Assembly: GCA_044225365.1 (NCBI GenBank)
Contig: JBGAIQ010000092.1
Coordinates: 1 to 12,558, forward strand
From: Planctomycetota bacterium
Lineage (GTDB): Bacteria > Planctomycetota > B15-G4 > JADJEK01
Direction of reading: 5' to 3'
DNA length: 12,558 nucleotides
The position numbers were made by a program, and so were the translations under genes. The notes beneath the pieces are model-generated. The model did not search any database. It was not told the origin of the DNA and worked only from the letters and a program-made list of their open reading frames with translations. This document shows, in pieces, positions 1-7,098 of the stretch; the stretch's first letter is position 1, and every line of letters begins with the position of its first letter.

Positions 1-3000
1 TATGGGAATTCGATCGACAGATCCTCGCGGCTCGCCCCGACGTCGAGCGTGGTGGTCGGGCTCTCGCCGTCGTCGCGGGTGAGTTCGAACGTGAGTTTCC
101 CCGGAGGCGCGTGATCGATGCGGAAGCCGCGATTCGGATCGAGCGGGCAGACGTAGGTGAGCTCGGAACCGTTCACCTCGGCGCGGACGCGGAGGATTCG
201 AAGATCCGCGTACGCAGACTTCGCCTTCACCTTGCCTGCGATCGTGATCCCGGGTTCGAGTTCGAGGGTGACGTCGATGCCCTTCGAATCGTCGACGACG
301 TTCACGGTCTTCGCGATGTAACCGCGATCGGGATCGGCGAGCGTCAGGCTGTGCTCGCCAGGTTCACTCGCGCGCATTGTCGCTTCGCCCGCCGCGTTCG
401 TCTTCTCCATCCCGATCCACGCGCCTTTGCCTCCCGCTCGCCGCAGCGTGATCGGTGTGTCGGCCATGGGCGTCGCGCCCGACATGAGTCGCACGCGAAT
501 CTCGTTCTCGCCGACGTGGAAGTCGACCGTCTCGGTCCCCCCCGGGGCGAGCTTCACTTTCTTCCAGAGGCTCGTGTGGATTGCGATCGGCGCGTCCGCC
601 TTCACGTAGCACTGGATCTCGATCTCGCCCGGCGGGATGTCCGTGAACTCGAATTCACCAATGGCATCCACGTTCTTGTAGAGCTGATCGCGCTGCCCAT
701 CGATGAAGAGCTTGGCCGTCGGCAACGGTGTGCCCTTGTAGGTGACCCTGCCGCGAACGACACCATTCAAAGGCGATCCGCGCGGCACGATCTCGATATC
801 GAGCCGAGCCGTCGCGCCGGATTCGATCGCCACGTTGCCGCGGGCCTCGGGCGACTGGTTCATCAGTCCGAAGTCGGTCGATACTCGTGACGATGCCGTG
901 CGGAAGTCCGCGGCGAGGAAGTTCGGGAAGACGTCGTACGCATACTTCATCGGGGGCAGGTTCGACGCCTTGAACGTTCCCGTCGCATCGGCCGCGACGA
1001 AGATCGGCAGGGGAATCGCCCCGCTTCCCATCGTCGGTCGGAGGACGACGACGAAGCGCTCCGACGGCGGCGCGCCGTTCGCGGTGATCGCTCCTTCCAA
1101 AGCGCCTCCTCGCGTGAGGCGAACGACGCACTCGTCGACTCCCGGGTCGGCCGCAGCACGAGTCATCGCGTAGCCGGGATGGCGAATTCGCAGCTCCTGG
1201 CGGGCATTGGCGGCGATCGCGAGGGGTGCGAGTGTCGCGATTCCCGACGAGTTGGTACGGGCGGTCGCGACCTCGATCAGGAGATCGTCGGGCGAGAAGA
1301 TCGCGACCTCGGCGTGCTCCACCGATTCGTTCGTCACCGCGTCGACGACGTTCACACGCAACGACCGCGGCGGCGTGAAGGTGAATTCGGTCGACCCGTG
1401 CTCCTTCGAGACCTCAATGGTTCCTGCCTCGCTACCGAGGTCGTCGACGCGAACGATGACGTGGTAGTTGCTCGCGAAGAGACGCTTCAGCCGCAGCGTT
1501 CCGGGCTCCGCCTCCGATCTCTCGATGATGGGTTCGGCCCAATCGTCATCGCGCTCCACCGCCGAAGGCGGCCCGCTCTGCGCCAGCGGTGCGAGACGGA
1601 TTCCGACTTGGTGGACCGGCTTTCCATCGCTGCGTCCCACTCGCACGACGTGATCGACGATGTCGGACATCTCGATCGTGGCCGTTTCACCAGAGGTCTC
1701 GAATCGCCGCCACTGACTCGCTGCGGTCGGCCTTGCGATGAGGACCGGGATGCCGTCGTCGGGGAGGTTGTGGATCTCGAAGCGCCCACGGTCATCCGTG
1801 GTCGCGCGCAACGACAAGAATGCGATTCCGCGACCGACCCCGGCTGCGAGTTGCGCGCCGGCGATCGGTTTCTTCTCGGCGTCGACGACCGTGCCGATGA
1901 TCGTCCGCCCGAGGGCGAGTTCGAGGTCGCCGAGGTCGCGCTCCTTCCCGGCCACGAGCCCGTTCGCGCCGAATGAGGAGGTCACATGTCCCTTCGCATC
2001 GATGACGACGCTCATGTTCCCCGGCGGAATGCCCGCGAGTTCGAACTGCCCGTCGGCCATCGATGTTGTGGTCGGAAGCGGTAGCTGCGCGAGGAGGTCT
2101 CGCATCCAGATGGGCAGCGCCTCGATCGTCGGCGATCCGAAGGCGTCCGTGAGCACGATCGACTCCGGAGTGACGCGTTCGACGCCGGTCGAGCTGAAGA
2201 CGGCCGTGGGTAGGGGCGCGACGCGAATCCGCGCGGCCGCGATCGGCTTCCCGTCCTCGTCGACGACTCGACCGCGCAACAGCGCGACCGGCCCGAGGAC
2301 GACATCGCCGAGGTCGATCTCCACTCCGCTCGCGAGAGGAACGTCGAGCAGCTTCAACGTGGCGCGCGGACCACCCTGATCGACCATGATCGCGTGGATG
2401 CCGTTCGGCTCGAGGCCTTCGAAGCGGAACCGTCCCGCCTCGTCGGTTCGTGAGTGGGCCGACTCCGCGAAGCCCTTCATCTTCGTGAACGCCGCGTCGA
2501 CACCGAACGTGAAGTGATCCCGATCGAACTGGAAGGCTCCGAGCGCGGTGTTCGCGGCCGGCTGTCCGTCGTATTCGACGAGGCGACCCCTCACGCCGGC
2601 GAGCGCGCGCACGTACGAGGCGGGAGGCGCGGTGGGTCGCGAAGGGTTCTTCGTCTCTTCGACCGGCATCGCCACCGATTCGCGACGAGGAAGCGCTTTC
2701 CCGGGATCCGTCGCGGTCACGACCGGCGCGACGGGAGACGGCGTGATCGTTCGCGGATCGCTCGGCGACGTCGGGGAATCTCCCTTCATCACGAGGTAGC
2801 CGACGAAGAGCATTGTGACCGTAACGAGCCCGAGGGCGACTTTCTTCAACATGACGAGGGCACCGGTGGCCGCGACGGCGGTGGTGGTCGCCGTGGCGGG
2901 AGACGTGGACAGGGAGAGCGCGTGCTGCCGAGCGCTCGCGAGCACGGCGCTCCGCGTCGATCCGAGGACGCAGCGCGCACTCACGAAAGCGACGAGCGAC

Positions 3001-3557
3001 GCGAACAAGCCGCTCGGCAGTCCGCGTCGCAGGAGCGTGAGGCCGCGATGGAGCTGCGCCCTGACGACGCCGCCCGAGCGCCCGCTCCGCTTCGCGATCT
3101 CGACGCTCCGCTCGCCCGCGATCACGCGCGAAGCGACGACCTCGCGATACACCGGCGGAAGTGATTCGACGGCGCGCGAGACCTCGCTCCACAGTTCGCG
3201 ATCGAGGGCGAGAGACTCCGGCGATTCCTCGCTCGCAGCGCCGAGCGAACGCATCTGCGGCTCGGGAAGAATGCGTCGCGCGCGCCGTCGCGCGAGCGAT
3301 GCGTGATTCGCGAGGATGCCGGCGAGCCAGGGTTCGAGGCGTCGCGTCGCGTCGTAGCTCGCGCGACTCTCGATCGCGGAGACGAAGGTCGCCTGCACGA
3401 GATCGTCCTCGGATTCGGTGACGGTCTTGTGGCGCAGGAGATGGCGCGCGAGTTCGAGCAGGTCGGGCGCCGTGCGATCGAAGACGATCGCGAGCGCGGC
3501 GACATCGCCGTCGTCACGGAAGCGCTGGAAGAGTCGTCCGAGGTCGTTTTCTCGCAT
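1..3557 (-). CDS. Membrane-anchored ECF sigma-70 factor with a large extracytoplasmic carboxypeptidase-regulatory-like (Cna-B/transthyretin-like) repeat region, ~1185 aa; stop codon probably straddles the window edge
   Basis: Hand translation from ATG at 3557 (MRENDLGRLFQRFRDDGDVAALAIVFDRTAPDLLELARHLL...). Region 2: SEDDLVQATFVSAI...EPWLAGILANHA. Region 4 HTH: AVESLPPVYREVVASRVIAGERSVEIAKRSGRSGGVVRAQLHRGLTLLRR. TM helix VALGLVTVTMLFVGYLVM (2840-2787), then a Pro/Thr linker and repeated GRVVDxDGxPI...TDxxGRFxxxxL(PPG) motifs. The frame is open to position 3 (...EDLSIEFP) and the next codon is TA+unknown base, so possibly TAG/TAA. It is presumably absent from the ORF track because no complete stop lies in the window. 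Confidence 0.92.
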   Translation of the reverse strand, partial: MRENDLGRLFQRFRDDGDVAALAIVFDRTAPDLLELARHLLRHKTVTESEDDLVQATFVSAIESRASYDATRRLEPWLAGILANHASLARRRARRILPEPQMRSLGAASEESPESLALDRELWSEVSRAVESLPPVYREVVASRVIAGERSVEIAKRSGRSGGVVRAQLHRGLTLLRRGLPSGLFASLVAFVSARCVLGSTRSAVLASARQHALSLSTSPATATTTAVAATGALVMLKKVALGLVTVTMLFVGYLVMKGDSPTSPSDPRTITPSPVAPVVTATDPGKALPRRESVAMPVEETKNPSRPTAPPASYVRALAGVRGRLVEYDGQPAANTALGAFQFDRDHFTFGVDAAFTKMKGFAESAHSRTDEAGRFRFEGLEPNGIHAIMVDQGGPRATLKLLDVPLASGVEIDLGDVVLGPVALLRGRVVDEDGKPIAAARIRVAPLPTAVFSSTGVERVTPESIVLTDAFGSPTIEALPIWMRDLLAQLPLPTTTSMADGQFELAGIPPGNMSVVIDAKGHVTSSFGANGLVAGKERDLGDLELALGRTIIGTVVDAEKKPIAGAQLAAGVGRGIAFLSLRATTDDRGRFEIHNLPDDGIPVLIARPTAASQWRRFETSGETATIEMSDIVDHVVRVGRSDGKPVHQVGIRLAPLAQSGPPSAVERDDDWAEPIIERSEAEPGTLRLKRLFASNYHVIVRVDDLGSEAGTIEVSKEHGSTEFTFTPPRSLRVNVVDAVTNESVEHAEVAIFSPDDLLIEVATARTNSSGIATLAPLAIAANARQELRIRHPGYAMTRAAADPGVDECVVRLTRGGALEGAITANGAPPSERFVVVLRPTMGSGAIPLPIFVAADATGTFKASNLPPMKYAYDVFPNFLAADFRTASSRVSTDFGLMNQSPEARGNVAIESGATARLDIEIVPRGSPLNGVVRGRVTYKGTPLPTAKLFIDGQRDQLYKNVDAIGEFEFTDIPPGEIEIQCYVKADAPIAIHTSLWKKVKLAPGGTETVDFHVGENEIRVRLMSGATPMADTPITLRRAGGKGAWIGMEKTNAAGEATMRASEPGEHSLTLADPDRGYIAKTVNVVDDSKGIDVTLELEPGITIAGKVKAKSAYADLRILRVRAEVNGSELTYVCPLDPNRGFRIDHAPPGKLTFELTRDDGESPTTTLDVGASREDLSIEFP

Positions 3558-3614
3558 GCCACGTGCATGTTGACGCGAGAGCCGAGAACGCGACGAGATT
3601 TCGGAGAATCCCGA

Positions 3615-5165
3615 TCAGGCGCGTCCCTCGAGCAGCGCGCGCGCGGTGACGACGCTCTCGGCGGTCTTCACGTGCTGGCTCGCGGCAACGCGGGCGAGCG
3701 TGACGAGGTGACGATTCCTGAACTCGACGCGACTCGTCGTGTAGAGATCGGCCGCAGTGAAGAAGTACTTCTCGGCGTGGAGCGCACCGTCATCGGCGAT
3801 GGCGAACGGCAGGATGCGCGCGAGGAGATCCTCGCCCGATCCCCCGCGCGTGAGGAACCGCTCGGCCGTGGCGCACGCTTCGGCCTGCTTCGCCGCGCCG
3901 ATCGCGGACTCGAGTCGTGCGAGGAGTTCCGCGTCCTTCACGTCCGCGAGTGCGGCAACCTCGGTCTCGTAGGAGAAATGCTCACCGAGACTCGCGGACT
4001 GTCCGCCCGTGTGATACGCGGCGGCGAGGAGCGTTGCGGCGCGTTCGGAGGGAGGAAGCGCTCGCGCCAGTTCGCGCCAGGCGAGCGCCGAATCCGACGC
4101 GTGCACCCCGATCGATGCGCCGTGGACGCTTCCGAGCGGTTTCTCTGCCGTTGGGTTCCGGGAGACGCCGTGATCCTCGATCAGGAGCCGCGTCGCAGCG
4201 AGGCTGAGGGCTTCGCAGCATTCGTTCAGACTGAATCCGTTCCTCAGCCAGACGGTCATGGCGAGGGCCGCATCGGCACGACTCTCGCGATAGATCGCGT
4301 GGGCAAGTCTCTCGATCGCGTCGTAGGGCGCGGCGTTCGCGCCTTCGCGCGCGAGAGGAATCTCCCGCTCGGCGAGACGGTTCTCCTTCATCAGGCGCGG
4401 GATGAGTTCGCGAACCTCGGCGTTCCTCGCAGCGGCGTCTTTCTCCCGAGACGCGCAGAAGTGAACGCATTGGCGAAGAAACGTGCTCGCGTTCTCGTCG
4501 CCCGCGACACTCAGAGTCTCATAGGCGCGCCACGCGAGGACGATGCGATGCACGTCCATCTCTTCGCGCACGAGCGGAGCGATCGCGCGCAGCGCCTTGT
4601 CCTTGTCACCATTCGCGATCGCGGCAAAAGCGTGCTCGGCGCCGTCGAGGTCGCTTCTGTGAATGCTCGCCTCGAGACTCGCCTGGGCGTTCGCCGCGTC
4701 CATGGCCGATGGCGCAGTACCGAGGACATCGGAAGTGCGTGCCTTCCGGAATGCCGCCATTCGCGCCGCGCTGCGGTGTACGACTTTGAGCACCGGCAGG
4801 GCCGATTCCTTGCCCTTCGTGCGCTGCGCCATCGCGAGCGCCGGCATCAAGGCCATGAAGCAGTGGTAGCCGTCGTAGTCCTCGCCGCCGAAAGTGCGCG
4901 CGTTGGCGAGCGCGGCCGCTGCGACGATCTCCTTCAGTTCCGTTCCTGCGCGCAATTTCGCGACGAGCGCGTGGAGCATCTCGTCCGGTGATGCGCCGCA
5001 CATCAACTCGACCAGAGGCTCGAGCGGGCCGAATCGCAGGCCCTCCGAACCTGCATCTCGCGCGAATGCGGAGGAACTGCAGAAGTCGAGGAGCGCCGCG
5101 GAAGAGAGCTTGACGCCGAGCGACGCGGCGCCGGTGCGAGCGAGAAAGGATCGTCGACTCAGCAT
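3615..5165 (-). CDS. Tat-exported alpha-helical hypothetical protein (516 aa) with an internal duplication and four His motifs; possible metalloenzyme
   Basis: N-terminus MLSRRSFL matches the Tat S-R-R-x-F-L consensus, with an AFA cleavage site near aa 35. GGAGG lies 6 nt upstream of the ATG. His motifs: EDYDGYHCF, EEMDVHRI, HGASIGVHASDS, DDGALHAEKY. Confidence 0.85.
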   Translation of the reverse strand: MLSRRSFLARTGAASLGVKLSSAALLDFCSSSAFARDAGSEGLRFGPLEPLVELMCGASPDEMLHALVAKLRAGTELKEIVAAAALANARTFGGEDYDGYHCFMALMPALAMAQRTKGKESALPVLKVVHRSAARMAAFRKARTSDVLGTAPSAMDAANAQASLEASIHRSDLDGAEHAFAAIANGDKDKALRAIAPLVREEMDVHRIVLAWRAYETLSVAGDENASTFLRQCVHFCASREKDAAARNAEVRELIPRLMKENRLAEREIPLAREGANAAPYDAIERLAHAIYRESRADAALAMTVWLRNGFSLNECCEALSLAATRLLIEDHGVSRNPTAEKPLGSVHGASIGVHASDSALAWRELARALPPSERAATLLAAAYHTGGQSASLGEHFSYETEVAALADVKDAELLARLESAIGAAKQAEACATAERFLTRGGSGEDLLARILPFAIADDGALHAEKYFFTAADLYTTSRVEFRNRHLVTLARVAASQHVKTAESVVTARALLEGRA

Positions 5166-5171
5166 GAGGGG

Positions 5172-5176
5172 CCTCC
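5172..5176 (-). promoter_or_regulatory. Shine-Dalgarno site (GGAGG) of the Tat protein gene
   Basis: GGAGG on the minus strand, 6 nt before ATG 5165. Confidence 0.7.
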
Positions 5177-5368
5177 GAGGTCAGTGGGATCCGTGCGGCG
5201 GCAGCGAGTGAACGCGTACAGCATACGCCCGCGTCGCATGGCTTCGTGGGTCAATTCGTCCGTCTTCGACTGGTCCGACGGTCCGAAAAACCGCATTCCT
5301 GGAGAATCCGCCCCGCGGCCGGAAGTAGATTCGATCGCGACGTCGTCGGCTGGAGGGTTCGAGCGAGA

Positions 5369-6112
5369 ATGGCATCGCGCGACAAGCAATATCGGAATCT
5401 CGACGCATCGCTCGTCATCGCGACGATCGAACGGCTGCAGCGCCGGATCGAGGAGCGCTTTCCCGGATCCGGTCTCTCGAAGGTCGCGGCCGAGCTGCGC
5501 GCGGTGGCGAAGGAGCACGCCTCCGTCGCGGACAAGATCCAGCGGCCCGACCCGCTCCTGCGGCTCTTCATGCTGCTGTTCCTGCTCGGAGGCTGCGCGC
5601 TCGGATACTGGCTGTGGTCGACCGTCCCGCTCGGGCGCATCGACTGGCGCGCGGAGATGGGCGTCGAACTCCTCCAGGGGATCGACGCCGCACTCGGCAT
5701 CGTGCTCTTCCTCGGCGCCGCGATCACGTTGTTCTTCTCGCTCGAGATCCGAGTGAAGCGGCGGCGCGCATTGCGCGCGATCCACGAACTGCGAGCGATC
5801 GCCCACATCGTCGACATGCACCAACTCGCGAAGGATCCCGAACGCGCCTTCCGGACGAGCGGCGACACGCCGTCGTCGCCAAAGGAAGAACTGACGCCGT
5901 TCCTGATCGGTCGTTATCTCGACTACTGCTCGGAGCTGCTCGCACTCACCGCGAAGATCGGCGCGCTCTACGCCCAGGGCTTCGATGATGCCGACGCCGT
6001 TGCGGCCGTCGACGACATCGAGGATCTCACGAGCGGGCTCTCGCGGAAGATCTGGCAGAAGATCATGGTGCTCGATCAACTGACGGCCGGACGGGAGAAG
6101 AAGCAGCCATGA
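5369..6112 (+). CDS. Hypothetical membrane protein (247 aa, two TM helices, helical C-terminal domain)
   Basis: Start moved from the track's 5246 to ATG 5369 (MASRDKQYRNLDASLVIATIERL...), which has GGAGG about 12 nt upstream; the 5246-5368 extension does not look protein-like. Hydrophobic segments LLRLFMLLFLLGGCALGYWLW and AALGIVLFLGAAITLFFSL. Motif-like stretches HELRAIAHIVDMHQLAKDP, RYLDYCSELL, LSRKIWQKI. The stop overlaps the next start (ATGA). Confidence 0.85.
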   Translation: MASRDKQYRNLDASLVIATIERLQRRIEERFPGSGLSKVAAELRAVAKEHASVADKIQRPDPLLRLFMLLFLLGGCALGYWLWSTVPLGRIDWRAEMGVELLQGIDAALGIVLFLGAAITLFFSLEIRVKRRRALRAIHELRAIAHIVDMHQLAKDPERAFRTSGDTPSSPKEELTPFLIGRYLDYCSELLALTAKIGALYAQGFDDADAVAAVDDIEDLTSGLSRKIWQKIMVLDQLTAGREKKQP

Positions 6113-7098
6113 TCTTCGTTGCTGCATGCCTGCTCGCATCGACCCACACCGCGGATCCCTTGGCGCTGCATTGCACGATTCCGCTCGAAGGCGTCACGGG
6201 CCGAATCGACCATCTCGCCTACGATCCCGAATCGAAGCGTCTCTTCGTCGCCGCGCTCGGGAACGGATCCGTGGAAGTGATCGATCTCGAGAAGGGCGAG
6301 CGCGTGAAGAGCATCACCAGCCTCGCAGAGCCGCAAGGCGCCGCGTATGTGCCCGGATTGCACGGCGTCGTCGTCGCATCCGGCGGCGACGGGAGCGTCC
6401 GCTGGTTCGATGGCGCGTCGCTCGCCGAGCGCGCGCGAAAGAGCGCGGGCGACGATGCCGACAACGTCCGCTACGTCGACGACACGAGCCATGTGATCGT
6501 GGGGTGGGGCAGCGGCGAACTCGCGATCCTCGATGCGAAGACGCTCGATAAGAAGACCTCGGTGGCATTGCCCGCGCATCCCGAATCGTTCCAGATCTTC
6601 GCCTCGGGCAAGCGCGCGCTCGTCAACGTGCCGGGCGCCGGCAAGGATGGCGAGGGCGCCATCGCGGCGATCGACCTCGTGAAGAACGAAGTGACGGCGA
6701 CGTACGGGATCCACGGAGCGGCGAGCAACTTCCCAATGGCGATCGATTCGAAGCGCGGCCGTGCGTTCGTCGGTTGCCGCAAGCCCGCCAAGCTCGCGAT
6801 CCTCGATCTCGAGAAGGGCGACGTCCTCGCGCTCCTCGATTGCGTGGGCGACGCGGACGATCTGTTCGTCGACGCGGAGACGGGCAACGTGCTCGTGATC
6901 GGCGGTGAAGGCCGGATCGATGTCTTCTCCCCGAAGGGCGAGAAGGATGTGAGGTACGAGCGCGTCGCGTCCGTCGCGACTCTCGTGGGCGCCCGTACCG
7001 GACTCCTCGTGCCCTCCCGTCACGCGCTCTATCTCGCCGCGCCGAAGCGCGACGATCATCCCGCGCAAATCCGAGAGTACTTGCTCAGTTCGCGTTGA
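6109..7098 (+). CDS. YncE/YVTN-like beta-propeller repeat protein, probably exported (329 aa)
   Basis: About 40-aa blade repeats (IDHLAYDPESKRLFVAALGNGSVEVIDL; FPMAIDSKRGRAFVGCRKPAKLAILDL; ADDLFVDAETGNVLVIGGEGRIDVF). Short hydrophobic N-terminus, ATGA overlap with the upstream gene, GGAG at 6094-6097. Confidence 0.85.
   Translation: MIFVAACLLASTHTADPLALHCTIPLEGVTGRIDHLAYDPESKRLFVAALGNGSVEVIDLEKGERVKSITSLAEPQGAAYVPGLHGVVVASGGDGSVRWFDGASLAERARKSAGDDADNVRYVDDTSHVIVGWGSGELAILDAKTLDKKTSVALPAHPESFQIFASGKRALVNVPGAGKDGEGAIAAIDLVKNEVTATYGIHGAASNFPMAIDSKRGRAFVGCRKPAKLAILDLEKGDVLALLDCVGDADDLFVDAETGNVLVIGGEGRIDVFSPKGEKDVRYERVASVATLVGARTGLLVPSRHALYLAAPKRDDHPAQIREYLLSSR

Noticed and set aside
3390-3430. 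Idea that the nearby kinase activates this sigma factor by phosphorylation, as in ECF-STK systems
   Set aside because: Region 2.2 keeps an acidic SEDD motif (DAED-like) rather than the uncharged Ser/Thr motif of phosphorylation-dependent ECFs, and the kinase is about 4.7 kb away in another transcription unit.
111-3568. Many track ORFs over the left 3.5 kb (e.g. 111-890 +, 1179-1976 +, 1792-3192 -, 2454-3164 +, 3122-3568 -)
   Set aside because: All are antisense or off-frame to the continuous sigma-factor frame (3557 to <=3), which carries recognisable motifs throughout.
5220-5254. TTGACC...TATGCT sigma70-like promoter on the minus strand upstream of the Tat gene
   Set aside because: The spacer is 23 nt, too long for a canonical -35/-10 pair. 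The -10 alone could still be real.
5166-5368. Possible ncRNA or riboswitch in the 203-bp divergent intergenic region
   Set aside because: No recognisable aptamer motif, tRNA fold or strong hairpin by eye. An Infernal/Rfam search would be needed to exclude one.
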